Below are positions 35,769 to 49,500 of a stretch of DNA of 64,000 nt, one piece after another. The notes under the pieces are model-generated. The model was not told where the DNA came from. It worked only from the letters and a program-made list of their open reading frames with translations, and ran no database searches. A program made the translations under genes and the position numbers. The stretch lies in NCBI GenBank assembly GCA_043228905.1, contig JBHGNT010000003.1:4402001-4466000 (forward strand). Reading direction: 5' to 3'. The number at the start of each line of letters is the position of its first letter. Position 1 is the first letter of the stretch. Source of the stretch: Azolla caroliniana. Taxonomy: Eukaryota > Plantae > Polypodiophyta.

Positions 35769-38700
35769 TAGGGCAAACTTTATGATGTTGTTGATCTTTG
35801 TTGTATAGTTAGGTGTGAGGTGGTTGCCTTTGTAACTGTGAGGCTGAGAGAGAGAGTGAGAGTAGTAACTCAATAGCAATATGTTTAAACGAAGAATATC
35901 TCAAGGTCGGTCTCTTCGAGCTTCTTATTTTGTACTTCTCCTCATTATTAGTGATTATGTTTCTCGAGGTTTGTGGACCCCCGCGGTTTTTCCCTTTTTT
36001 GGGTTTTCCACGTTAAACTCTGTGTCTTTGTTTTTCTGCTTCCTTGTTTATCTGTTTGTGTACTATCTATACCAATTCTTTGCACCCTAATACGAACGTG
36101 GAACTGGTTGTGGCTGGTCGATTCTTAACAAACTAGTATTGAAGTCTCATTCGGCGGCATGTTCAAGATAACTGGCTCAAACTACTCAGTGTAGAAGTTG
36201 AAGATGAGAGACATGCTCGTGTGCAAAGACCTCTGGTTTCCGGGCAATTCGAAGATAAAAGACCAGACAAGATCGATGCATCGGCTTGGGAATTCATGCA
36301 TCTGATGGCGGGAACATATATAAGGTGTTTTATAGACATGAGTCTATACAACAACTTTGATGAAGAGACGAGTGTCGACGCCCTCTGGAAGAAGATTGGT
36401 GTGATGTTCGAAAACAAGAACACCATGGACAGAGTCTAAGTTTTCAGAAAAATCGTGAGACTCCGGTATCAAGACAGCTCCAGCATGGCGGAGCACATTA
36501 ATGCCTTCCAAGGACTGATGAATCAAACCACCTCTTGACGATGAGGTATTAGCATTGTTGTTGCTGGGATCCCTTCCCAACAGTTGGGAAATGCTGGTTG
36601 TCACTTTGGGCAACGTAGGACCACAAGGGAAACACTTATCCCTAGATCAGGTTAAGTTGAGTTTGTTGAATGAAGAAGCTCGATGAAAGGACCAAGAGTC
36701 CAATACCGATCTGAAGGCCCTCGCCACGAAAAGTGACACGAATTGAGGAAGAAGCCAGAATTGAAGTCCCCAAAATCGAGATAAGTTAGGGACAAGGTCG
36801 GAGTCGAGGGGAAGGCCCACGTGCTTCTACTGTGGGAAGCCGGGGCACTTCCAAAAGAATTGCCAACACTTTCCAAAGGAGAAAGGGGGAGCTGATGGTT
36901 TAGAGCTGAAGAAAATACCGGACAGAAAGAACACCTCATCAATCACCGCGACAGAAGAGGAGCTATTGCTCATTAGTGAATAGAATGAGGTCAATTTCAC
37001 CGGCGAAGAATCGACATGGGTGGTCGATTCGGGTGTCCTTTCACCTAAGCCATGACCGAAAGTGCTTCGCATCATACAAGGTCGGAGTCCACGGAATTGT
37101 AAAAATGGCGAATGAAGGAGTGTGCCGAATCGTCAGCATTGGAGATGTGTGTCTGATGACATCGACCGGGTGTAGACTAGTGCTAAAAGATGTTCGGCAT
37201 GTTGCGGAAGTTCTATTAAACTTGATATCAGTCGGTCGACTAGATGACGATGGCTACACGAGTAGCATCTGGAACGAAGTCATGAAGTTTTGCAAGGGAA
37301 GTTTGATCATGGTTCGAGCCCGGAAAACCAGCACACTGTATATAATGAATGCTCGATTATGCCGAGGGGAAGCAAACGTGGCAGCCGACACAACCGGTGA
37401 GTTGTGGCACAAGAGGCTATCCGGGTGCAGACTAGTGCTGAAAGATGTTCAACATGTTGCGGAAGTTCAATTGAACTTGATATCAGTCGGTCGACTAGAT
37501 GACGATGGCTACACGAGTAGCATCCGGAACGACGTCATGAAATTCTGCAAGGGAAGTTTGATCATGGCCCAAGCCCGAAAACCAGCACACTATATATAAT
37601 GAATGCTCGATTATGCCGAGGGGAAGCAAATGTGGCAACCGATACAACCAGTGAGTTGTGGCACAAGAGGCTATGCCATATGAGGCAAAAAGGGATGCAA
37701 ATGTTATTCACCTCGTGCCGTAGATGAGGAAAGTGCATCTTGATAAGTGTGTTGGTTGCTTGGCCGACAAGCAAAATCAAACCCCGTTCCGATCGAGGCC
37801 CCTGATGAGGAAGGAAATGCCGTTGGAACTCGTGCATACGGATGTATGCTACGCGGACACGAAGTGTCATGTTGGGTCACAGTATTTCGTGACCTTCATA
37901 GAGGAGTGTAGCCGGAAGTTGTGGGATTCTGTGCTGAAGATGAAGGATCAAGTATTATCTATCTTCAAAGAGTTCCAAGTGAGGGCTGAGAGGGAAACTG
38001 GCCGAAAGTTGAAGGCAGTTCGAGCGGACAATGGCAGAGAGTACAACCGACTGTTCAAAGAATATTGCCGAGCGGAGGGAATCCGGCTCGAGTATATTGT
38101 GCCGAAGATGCCAGAGCTTAACGGGTTGGCCGAGAGAATGAACTGGACCGTAATGGAGAGGGTTCGAAGTATGCTTGCACATGCAAAGTTACCGAAGACG
38201 TTCTGGGCTAATAAACCACAACGTTTGTGATAAATCGATCACCTTGAGTACCCTTGGATGGTGATATTCCACAAAGGGTGTGGAGTGGCAAAGACGTCTC
38301 GTACCGACATGTGAGGGTGTTCGGCTGCCTTGCTATGTCCATGTGGCAAAGGACCAAAGGGGAAAATTGGACCCGAAATCTCTGCCATGTATATTTCTCT
38401 GCTATGATGACGATGAATTCGGCTATCGGCTACGGGACTTAACCGAGAAAAAAGTGATCCGGAGCCATGAAATTTTCTTCATGGAAGAAAAGGCAATAGT
38501 CAATTGGGAGATTGAGAACAAGTCTCCGACTACCGAATCGAGACGAGGCGATGCTTGGCCGAATCGTGTAGAAGTCGATTTCGATCAAATCGACTCTGAG
38601 CTAGTCGGCCGATTTAATACTCAGCGAAATCGAGAACCGATTTAAGAACAAGGTGAACCAACCGAACGAGGAACCGAATTTGACTCGATCGAAGAAGTCA

Positions 38701-39576
38701 AAGAAGAACCGACTGTGCCGAATGGAGGTCGAAGATACCCCCTACGAGAGAGAAGGCCCCCACGAAGATTTCCGAATGAAGAACGTGTATTGCTAACCGA
38801 TGAGGGGGAGCCGGAAAGTTTTGAAAAATCTAAGCATAATACCCATAGACGAAAGTGGTTAAGTGACATGATAGAGGAGATGGATTCCTTGCATGAGAAC
38901 CACACATATGAACTAATCGAGCTGCCAAAAGGAAAGAAGGCATTACGGAATAAGTGGGTACATACAAGTTGAAAGTAGGAGACAACAGGAATCCAGCCAG
39001 GTATAAAGCATGAATTGTCATGAAAGGCTTTCAACAGAAGAAGGGTGTTGATTTCAACGAAATATTTGCCCCGGTCGTGAAGATGATGTCAATCTGAACA
39101 ATGTTGAGCATAGCGGCCAACATGGATCTTGAAGTCGAGTAGTTGGACGTCACGACTGCCTTTCTTCATGGAAATTTGGAGGAAGAGATATATATGCACC
39201 AGTCGGAAGGATTCGTGGAGAAAGGTAAAGAGAAGCTAGTATGTTGATTGAGAAAGAACTTCTATGGGTTGAAGCAGGCACCTTGGCAATAGTACCGAAA
39301 ATTCGAATCCTTCATGGTGGATCACGGTTTCGGTAAGATACAGGCTGATCACTGCGTCTTTATCAAGAAGTATGATGGAGGAGATTTTCTCATCCCCTTG
39401 TATGTGGATGACATGTTGATTGTCGGACAAGACCCGAGGAAAATTGGAAGTTTAAAGAAGGCTTTGAGTAGGTCGTTCTTGATGAAAGATATGGGTTCGA
39501 CAAGACAAATCCTGGGAATGCATATTGTTTGGGATCGAACAAAGAAATTGTTATGGTTGTCACATGAGAAGTACGT
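35769..39576 (+). mobile_element. Element E3: truncated decayed Copia related to E2 and F
   Basis: Partial LTR to 36130, degenerate PBS TAGTATT, gag-INT-RT homologous to E2, ending at EKYV in RT. Confidence 0.88.
37166..37674 (+). repeat. ~255-bp tandem duplication within E3 (protease-integrase linker)
   Basis: GCRLVLKDV...LWHKRL is encoded twice; copies start at 37166 and 37421. Confidence 0.92.
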
Positions 39577-39685
39577 TGTCGCGGAAATCCAAGTGTGCAT
39601 GTCGGAAATGGCGGGACCACGGGGGTCTTGGACTAGGGAGTGATGGATACTGGAAGGACGATTTCTCTGGGGCATGTTACACCGG
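39577..39685 (-). repeat. U5-end fragment of a C/G-lineage LTR
   Basis: Starts TGTCGC and carries GGGACCACGGGGGTCTTGGACTAGG, similar to the reverse complement of the C LTR end. Left flank is ACGT. Right boundary is uncertain. Confidence 0.65.
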
Positions 39686-39839
39686 TTGTGGCACCAACCA
39701 GGATGATTCCGGATGTGAGCTGGAAACAACCGAACCAGACAAGTTCAGATGCAACCGAATGGGTCTAGATGCGTTCCGGAAGCAACCAGATTGAAGAGAG
39801 GGAGTGTGCACGCACGCACACCGGCTCTTTGCACCCTTT

Positions 39840-39937
39840 GTAAAAGAATACGATGTGTGGAAGCATACGTAAAAGACACAGAGTATACAGTTGATGTTCG
39901 GAAACACAACAATTCGGTAAATGCAAAGAACATAGAG

Positions 39938-40000
<63 letters not shown>

Positions 40001-40093
40001 AGAATACAATGCGCGGAAGCGTACGTAAAAGACACAGAGTATACATTTGATGTTCGGAAACACAATAGTTCGGTAAATGTAGAGAACACAGAG

Positions 40094-40157
<64 letters not shown>

Positions 40158-40724
40158 ACACACACACACACACAAAATTATATTAAGAGGAATAACACTC
40201 TGTACATACTTCATGCTCAGTGAGCACTTTTTATACAAGGCCTGACGAGTGGGCTGACACAAATACCGTTGGTACTTGAATGCTCATAAACGAGCCTAAC
40301 ACTAATTCTGCGTACAATATTCCTATTTACTATACTAGGAATATAGTTTATTAACGACCTACCCGAGTTCCTAACCACACAACTCTCGGTTCTTGGTCCT
40401 ACGGCCGATTTGGGTCTCCCCGATCGGTCTTCAACCGATTTGGTTCTCAGCTTCTTTAGCCGCTCGACCCGAGTTGAGCTTGCTCGCTCAACACTCCCCC
40501 TCAAGCTCAACTTGAGGTCTCGTTGCGTCTGCTTCAGCTGGTTCGTCACTCTAGTGTCCTTTCCTAGTGCTCCTACACATCGCTCACGCTTCTCGTCCAA
40601 TCCGATTTTGCGTAGCACGACTGTTTCAGTCCGACGCTCCTCGACTCGTCTAGTTCCGTGCACTTCGACCTCTATGGTCGGCTTGTCTGCTTCCTTGGCC
40701 CTTCTCAGCTTCTTCGCTGCTACC
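39840..40724 (-). mobile_element. 3' end of a Copia-like element: internal remnant, PPT and LTR with a duplicated 156-bp (AG)n-containing unit
   Basis: Minus strand reads TTGAGGGGGAG|TGTTGAG at 40504-40487. Duplicated units start at 39845 and 40001. Confidence 0.65.
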
Positions 40725-43700
40725 TGTTGGGAAATCGGTCCCTCCGGATGGGATCCGATTATGAATGAAGTGGACCCGGAGAGAACCGGAAACCGGATCG
40801 GATAGACCCAGTGAGAACCGGATGAGAAGACATATTTGTAAATAAGCTTTTTGAGTAAGCCTATTGAGGCCATATTTGTAAATACCACTAAGTTCATATA
40901 AGTATAAATATGACTTAGGGCAATCACTTTGAGGTGTGGTTGTCATATTGTTGTATGTGTATAACTGATGTGTAGAGAGAACAGAGAGAGAGAGTGAGAG
41001 GAGATACAGAGCGATATACTCTGTTGTAAACGCCGCTTGGCGAAGAAACAGAGCTCAAGGTCGTTGCCTTCGAGTCTCTGATTGTACCTTTCTCATATCA
41101 TGATAGTTCGATTGTGTGTACGTGTGTTCACTCCCTTCTTCCCATTTCTGTGTTAGATTCTCGTTGGAAGTGTTCAAGACTTGGTTGTGGTCGAGCTATA
41201 CTTCGCGCTATTCTCCACAAATTGGTATTAGAGCGAACGACACAGGAAATGGAAGAATTGTTCGGCGGCATGTTCAAGCTCACCGGCTCCAACTACTCAG
41301 CGTGGAAGTCGAAGAGGAGGGATATGTTGGTGGTTAAAGATCTTTGGTTGCCGGTTCAGTTCGGGGACAAGAGACCGGACAAGATCGACTCCACAGTGTG
41401 GGAGGTGATGCACATGAAGACGACGACATACATCCGGTGCTTCATCAACATGAGCCTGTATAACAACTTCAATGAAGAAAGCAAGGCTCATGAACTCTGG
41501 GAGAAGGTCGACATTATGTTCGAGAACAAGAATGTTGTTAATCGGGTTTCGGTGTTCCGGAAGCTAGTGAGGCTCTGGTACCAGGACGGCTCCAATATGG
41601 CAGAGCACATGAATGCCTTCCAGGGATTGATCCACCAGGTAACCTCGTTGGAAGTACCTGTCGCCGATGAGGTACTCGCATTACTCCTGCTCGGTTCCCT
41701 CCCAGATAGGTGGGAGACGCTAGTTGTCACGTTGGGAAACGCCGGGCCGGAAGGAAAATAGTTGTCCCTAGCAAGAGTCAAGTCAAGCTTGCTAGATGAA
41801 GAAGCTTGCTGGAAGGATCGAGAAGTCCAGAACTGATCCGAAGGCCTTGGTCATGGAAGATGACCACAACAGGGGAAGAGGCCGGTATTGGAGTCCTTAA
41901 AACCGGGAAAAATCGGGGACGAGGTCGAAGTCAAGGGGGAGGCTCACGTGCTTCTATTGCGGGAAGCCGGGACACTTCCAGAAGAATTGTTGACACTTCC
42001 GGAAAGATAAAGAAATCGTAGAAGAGTTCAGACTGAAATGGTTCGGACTGGAGAGGCCCAAATTGGAAAGGAACGTCGGCAATCGTGACAAGTGAAGAAG
42101 AACTGATGCTCATTACCGAGGAGAATGAGTTAAATCTTGTCGGCGACGAGAGAACGTGGGTTGTCGATTTTGGAGCGTTGTTCTATCTGACACCGGACCG
42201 GAAATGCTTCTCATCCTACACAACCGAAGATCATGGTTGTGTCTGGATGGGGAATGAAGGTACATGCCGAATTGTCGTCATAGGAGATGTGTCGGTGATG
42301 ACATCAACCATATGCTAATTGCTGCTGAAGGATGTTTGACACGTTCCGGAGGTTCGACTAAACCTGATATCAACCGGTCGGCTAGATGATGAAGGCTACA
42401 CGGGTAGAATCCGGAACAGAGTTATGAAGTTCAACAAAGGAAGCCTGATTCTGGCACAAGCCCAAAAGATCAACACGCTATATCCGATGCATGCCCGGAT
42501 ATGCCGGGAAGAAGTGAACATAGCATCCGACACTGCCGGTGAGTTGTGGCACAAGAGGTTGTGTCACATGAGTGAGAAGGGGATGAAGAGACTTGCCGAA
42601 GACAATCTCAATCCGGTGAAGGACGTGCAACTTGAGAAGTGCACCGATTTCTTGGCCAGTAGGCAAAACCGAACCTCCTTCTGGTCAAGACCACCGATGA
42701 GATAGAATGCATCATTGGAGTTGGTGCATACCGATGTGTGTCAAGTGGACACGAAGTCACATGCCGGATCGCAATACTTCGTGATGTTCAGAGATGACCA
42801 TAGCCGGAAGCTATGGGTCTCACTGTTGAAGACGAAGGATCAAGTGTTATCCGTCTTCAAGGAACTCCACGCGAGAGTGGAAAGGGAAACTGGCCGGAAG
42901 CTGAAGGCAGTTCGGGCGGACAACAGAGGAGAATACCGGGGGCAGTTTGAGGAGTATTTCCGGTCGAAGGGAATCCGGCTCGAATTTACCGTGCCGAAGA
43001 CGCCGAAATTGAACGGGCTGGCTGAATGGATGAACCGGACCGTGATGGAGAGAGTCGGGAGCATGCTAGCACATGCAAAGTTACCCAAGACGTTTTGGGC
43101 TGAGGCGCTGACAACGACGACCTATGTGATAAACTGATCAGTACCCTTGGACGGAGACTCACCGTAGAAGGTATGGACCGGTAAGGTTGTGTCTTACCAG
43201 CATCTGAAGGTGTTTGGGTGTCTTGCCTACATGCATGTGGCAAAGGACAAAGGAGAAAAGCTGGATCCGAAGTCCCGGCCATGCATATTCCTTGGATATG
43301 GTGATGACGAGTTCAGTTACCGAGTGTGGGATCTGGTCGACAGGAAGGTGTTCCGGAGTCGAGACATAGTCTTCATGGAAGACAAGACCATTGCCGACTG
43401 GGAGTCGGAGACGAAGGTGATGAACTCCGGATCATCCAATGAAAACTGGCTTCAGGACACAAGGACTTACCCGGTTGAAAACCGGATGTTAGCCGGTAAC
43501 CAGATGACACTCGACGAACCGGCCGGATACGGACAAGAAATCGGACCGACTGAAGAAGCAGAAGAAGAAGAAGAAGAAGAAGAAGAATCGGATTCGGATT
43601 CGGAACAAATGGAGGACCCGGTAGTCAGAAACCAAGGATGGAGATACCCTCTCTGAGAGAGACGTGCCCCCCCGGAGATTTTCAGATGCAGAGCATGTGT

Positions 43701-43903
43701 TGCTAACTGATGATGGGGAGCCGAAAAGCTTCGAAGAAGCAAAGAGAGACACCCACAACCGCAAGTGGTTGAGTGCCATGCAGGACGAGATGGATTCCAT
43801 GCATGAGAACCACACATATAAACTAACGGAGTTGCTGAAAGGGAAGAGAGCATTCCGGAACAAGTGGGTGTTCAAGTTGAAACCGGGAGATGCCGGAAAT
43901 CCA

Positions 43904-44094
43904 CCAAGGTATAAGGCCTGAATCGTGGTGAAGGGCTTCTAGCAGAAGAAAGGAATGGACTTCGATGAAATCTTTGCCTTGGTAGTAAAAATGACATCCA
44001 AGGTATAAGGCCTGAATTATGGTGAAGGGCTTCCAACATAAGAAAGGAGTGGACTTCGATAAGATATTTGCCCAGGTAGTAAAAATGACATCCA
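43904..44094 (+). repeat. 94-bp tandem duplication in the RT of F
   Basis: CCAAGGTATAAGGCCTGAAT...AAAATGACAT occurs at 43904 and 43998; CCA microhomology. Confidence 0.9.
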
Positions 44095-44103
44095 TCCGGA
44101 CGG

Positions 44104-44300
44104 TGTCGCGTTGTTACGCGCGTGCATGGGAAACGAGGCGAGACCACCGGGGTCTCGGACCGAGAAATAGCTGAGGAGGAGAGCAGAAAGGCAACGGACG
44201 CACTTGCACACGCACAGACACGGGAGCACACAGGAATCACAGTCCAGCAACACAACAAAACGAGACGACTAGAAGCCGAGTATATGAACACATATGTATA

Positions 44301-44342
<42 letters not shown>

Positions 44343-44812
44343 GACGGTTACAACTAATAGGTCGGCAAGGCGAACACCGACGCCTGTTCACTCACACACA
44401 TGGAAGAGAGAGATGGAGACTCTGCCGGAAGCACACGGGCGTTCCACGGAGCAGAGTCGGCCTCCCGAAAACCTGTGCAAAAATGGTTATGGAGAGTGGC
44501 AGAGGAGAAGGGCTCGGTCCCAGTCCGGCAGCACTTCCCTCTCTCTAACGCACGATCCCTTTTTCATTCCTCTCCCTCTCTTTTATAGCCCAAGGAGGGA
44601 GGCCGTTATCATCCGTTACATCACATTAATTCTCTATCCTTTCGAACAGAGATACACCTCGATCCTCTCCCTATTGAATGCGTGCTACCTAGGATTTCAC
44701 CTCAGCCGACTTGATCCTACTTACTTACCATACAACAAAAAGTGTGCTTGCGTGTAAGGGCCGGTTTACACACGCTAAACTCGGTTTCCGCCTAGGGACA
44801 GTTTTCTTCACA
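44104..44812 (-). mobile_element. Solo LTR (709 bp) of the C/G lineage inserted in F
   Basis: TG...CA termini and 4-bp TSD ACGG (44100-44103, 44813-44816). Removal restores SIRTVLSIAAS. Contains (AT)n and the shared terminal GACCACCGGGGTCTCGGACC motif. Confidence 0.9.
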
Positions 44813-45660
44813 ACGGTATTGAGCATAGCGGCAAGCATGGACCTCGAGGTAGAGCAACTGGACGTCAAGACGACATTCCTACATGGCGACCCCAAAGAAG
44901 AGATCTACATGCATCAACCGGAAGGATTTGAGAAGAAAGGGAAGGAGCACTTGGTGTGCCGGCTGAAGAAGAGCTGATACGGATTGAAGCAAGCCCCCTG
45001 GAAATGGTACTGGAAGTTTGACTCCTTCATGACCGACCAAGGGTACCACAAGACACAAGCCGATCACTGTGTGTTTGTGAAGAAATTTGACGGAGGAGAT
45101 TTCTGGATACTCCTCTTATATGTGGATGATATGTTGATCGTCGGACGAGACCAAGGTAAGATTCAAATGCTAAAGAAGGTTCTGAACCGAACCTTCTCAA
45201 TGAAAGACTTGGGTTCGGCAAGACAGATATTGGGAATGCACATCATCCGGGACCGGTTGAAGAAGTTGTTATGGTTGTCACAAGAGAAGTACGTGACAAA
45301 GGTGCTTCAATGGTTCAACATGTCGGAGGTGAAACTGGTCGAATCGACACTTCCGGCAAACTGCAAGCTATCTGGAAAACAAAGCCCGAGGACAAAGGTA
45401 GAGAAGATGGATATGATGAAGATACCATATGCCTTTGCCATTGGGACCTTGATGTACGCAATGGTATGTACCCGGCCAGATATCGGATATGCAGTCGGAG
45501 TGGTAAGCCGGTTCATGAGCAATCCCGGAAGAGAGCACTGGAACGCGGTCAAGTGGATACTCGGGTATCTGATAGGCACCTCGAGTATGTGCCTCCGGTT
45601 CAGCTCCGGTAATCCCCAACTTGACGGAATCACGGATTCGGATATATCGGATATATACCA

Positions 45661-46515
45661 ATTAGGAACACGGTCTGCGGTCAGTCCTTCGACCTAGACC
45701 TCCAAGTGGTTGTGGAACAACGAATAGGCGTCTATGCGTAATGCATAGGGGAATGTTCCTTGTAACCTATCAGCGTATAAGGGAGACGGCTACAACCGAC
45801 TCCTTAGCAATGGTTACACTTACGTTCTTACAGGCTCAGGTATTCCAGACACACAGTAGATTAGCCGTAGCTATACACAGACTTTCAAAGAAGATAGAAT
45901 TCTATTATGATACGTTTCTTTACATTCCGAAAATTACACGCTCCCTCTATTAGAGGTTTTCTGCCCTTTATATACGCAGGGTCTATTTTGCCGTTCACGC
46001 TTCCTGCGTGAACCGTTACATGCGTTATGATCTTATATTATTTCCTATTCCTATGCCCTTGTCCATCGATTACTATTTCAGCGGACAACACCTGGCATGC
46101 GTGTGGGATAGTGCCCTGACACATCAGACCCATCCCGTTAATCTTCTTCCAAAATGGCCCGGATGTTTGGCTCTGCTACGATGTCCGCGTTTGGAGGCGA
46201 CGTAGGGCCCATAGGTGCATCGTGGTGTGGTTCCCCTGTTTGGTCGGAATGGTTTCTCACGGTGTCGCAGTCGTCGTGTGTGGGCGGTCCGGGTACGGTG
46301 GGCTCTTCTTGAGCTACTGCGTTGGGCTCCGCCGTCGTCGTGCTTGCGATTGGCCGCGGCTCTGTCTCAATCGTTACTTCCTTCATGGTGTCGGCCGTCT
46401 TTGTACGTTCCAGGGAGTGGGGCTGCGATTCCGCTTGGTCTGCACCGTTCTCCGTGTGGTCCGATGATATCGTGGTCTCGTGCGGATGAACCTCCTCTTG
46501 GGCAGTGGTTTCGCT
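45661..46515 (-). mobile_element. Element J: 3' remnant (accessory-ORF tail plus 3' LTR from 46090 leftward) of an A/B/H-lineage Gypsy
   Basis: Minus-strand GCATGCCAGG|TGTTGT resembles B's GCGTGCCAAG|TGTTAC. An acidic T/P-rich ORF ends at 46138. Confidence 0.55.
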
Positions 46516-49500
46516 GTCTGGTTGGTTTTGTACCAACGTATGCTCGAAGCATGTCCTCAATAATTTGATTTACTCATTCTGTCTGTTCATCGGATTGAGG
46601 ATGATCCGTGGAGCTCATGCTCAACGTAGTTTCTAACTTCTTAAAGACTTGCGTCCAGAAGTCACTAGTAAATTTTGGATCTCAATCACTCACAATATCC
46701 ATCGGTAAGCCATAAAAATGAAATAACTCGTCAACGAATTGGTAAGCCAATTCAGGAGCTGTTACCGTGGTTTTAGTAGCAATAAATCTGGCCTTTTTAG
46801 TTAGTCTATCAACCACAACCCAGATGGCATCATGGCCTTTTTGGGTGCGAGGAAGGCTAACAATAAAATCCATGGATATACTTTCCCACATATTATTGGG
46901 AATGTCCAAGGGATGTAAAAGTCCTGCGACTTTAAGTCGCTCAGCTTTGTTAACTTGACATTGGTGACATTTAGTCACATAGCTATGTATGTCAGGGCGC
47001 ATCTTAGGCCAATAGAATTGAGTGGAGATTAGAACGAGTGTACGATGTATTCCAGGGTTCCCTGCTGATGGTGCATCATGGCATTCAAAAAGAATTCTCT
47101 TTTTAACCTCAGGCAAATCTAGAACACAAACCTTCCCATTACGGTAGAGCAGACCGTTAGCAATGTGGAAGTATTCCTTCGAGGATGTGGTGGTGTCTAT
47201 TCCAGATTGAACTCTTGCCCAATATTTTGCAAAATAATTGTCATCAAGATACTTTCCTCAAAGGTGATCATAAAGATCTAATGTTATTTTAGTGAAGCTA
47301 AGCATGTTAACTTCACGGATGTGACTTAGTGCATAAGCGACAGTGTTCATGGAACCTTTACGATATCGTATGGAAAAATCAAAGTCCAGGATGAGATCAG
47401 CCCATAATGCCTTACGACCTTTCAGGTCTTGTTGGTCACAAAAATATTTCAAGGACTCGTGGTCCATAGTTACCACAAAGCGATTTCCATAAAGATAATG
47501 GCGCCATGTTTTGAGCACATGTATAACTGCAAATAACTCCTTTTCTTGAGCGGTATACCGACATTGAGCAGAATCAAGATTCTTACTCTCGAATGTTATT
47601 GGTTTACCATATTGATATAAGACAACACCTATAGCATAATCGCTTACATCGGTTTCAACCTCAAAAGGTTTTGAAGGATCAGGTAAAAGAAGTGAAGGAG
47701 CCTTGCACACCAGGTCCTTGAGTTCCTTATAGGCGAGGTCTAGTGTAGCATTCCAGACAATAGGTTTTGTAGGCTTACACGTTTGACCTTTTAGAAGATC
47801 AGTAAATGGCGTCGTCAATTGGGAGTAATTACGAAGGGATTTTTGCAAAAACCCGACGAAACCAAGCAACGATCGAACTTCTCAAATATTCCGAAGAGTG
47901 GGCCAAAGCTTGATTTTCTCGATGCGAGAAGGATCAATTTTAACTCCTCGTTTGGTTATGAGATGTCCAAGATAAGTAATTGATTTCTTGAAGAACTCAC
48001 ATTTTGAGATCTTCGCATAAAACTGTTTGTCACACAATGTTTGTAAAACAAAGCAGACATGTTTAGCATGTTCTTGTAATGTACGACTATAAACTAAAAT
48101 ATCATCCAAGAAAATAACAACAAATTTTCCAAGTTGTTCTTAGAAAATGTCATTCATTTCTTGTTGAAATGTAGCCAGAGCATTGGTCAAACCAAAAGGC
48201 ATAACCAAAAACTCATAATGGCCATAGTGCGTACGAAATGTCGTTTTAGGAATATCGTCCTCACTTATACATATTTGATGGTAGCCAGTACGGAGATCAA
48301 GTTTCATAAAATACTGAGCTCCCTGGAGACGGTCAATTAGATCATCAACCCTGGGCAATGGATACAAATTCTTGATCGTCACTTTATTCAAGCGTCGGTA
48401 ATCAATACACATACGCCATGTGCCCTCTTTCTTTTTAACCAAGAGAACTGGTGCACCCCATGGAGATTTACTATAACGTATATAACCCATTCTTAAATAG
48501 TCCTTGAGTTGCTTAGATACCTCATCCTCTTCGGATTGACTTAAGCGATAAGGAGGTATACTTATTGGTGCAACGCCAGGTACAATATCTATACAATGGT
48601 CTATATTACGTTTAGGTGGTAACCCATCTTGTAGTTCACTCGGAAAAACATCACGAAAATAATTTAAGATTTCATCAAGTTGTTGTTGTTCAAAATATGT
48701 TATCGATATTGTAAACGTGAATGTCCGGATCAATTACACAATAAAATAGAGTAGAACAAGACAACTTGGATATTGATGGAGAGGAAACAATCGAGAGGGA
48801 TTTTTTTTTTACACATTGAATAAAATGAGTACAGTCGTTCAGTACAAATGTAATTGAATGATGAACCCAATCAATAGATAAAGAAGAGTTTTTATTATAG
48901 AACCAGGGATAACCCAATATTACATCAGTGGTACAAAGATTCATTACATGGAAGTCTACTTCCTCTATATAAGTATCAATAGAAATTCCCAATGAATGAA
49001 TCGCCATGTTGATGTATTGTACTCTTCCATCAGCCAAGTGCACCGTATAGGTGTGATCACTTATGGTGGGTTGGATTCCCCGTATCTGAACCATACGATC
49101 ATTCACAAAGTTGTGTGAGCTTCCCGAATCAAACAAAAATTGTACGAGAGATCCATTGATATACCTGTTTGCACGTAGTAAATCATTAGGACCCAATACA
49201 TAGTGAGGGAAAGAACATTAACAATTACTTAAATGATGTGTATAGACTTAAAGGACATTAGGAATCTGACCTTTATGGTCTACAGCTTTAGCTTTGCTGT
49301 CATGCTCTTTCCATCGGAGCTTTCGACATTGCTCTTTCGTATGCCCCTTCTTTTTGTAGAATACGCAAAAAGGATGTTGTCGCTTACAATCGCGATCCAT
49401 GAATTCGTTGGGTGTCTTGCGTTTCCCAACGAATTGCGACTGCTTAGTCCTAGGCGCTTCGTTGGGTTTGTTGTGGTCCTTCTTCGAAGTGCGTTGATAG

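Larger units (their letters stand above)
40725..45660 (+). mobile_element. Element F: 3'-truncated Copia, sister family of E2
   Basis: 5' LTR 40725-41219, PBS TGGTATTAGAGC at 41223-41234, gag from 41249, integrase, RT; breaks off at the start of RNase H. Confidence 0.92.

Noticed and set aside
39677-40262. SLSL/RERE ORFs as proteins
   Set aside because: Translations of (AG)n microsatellites.
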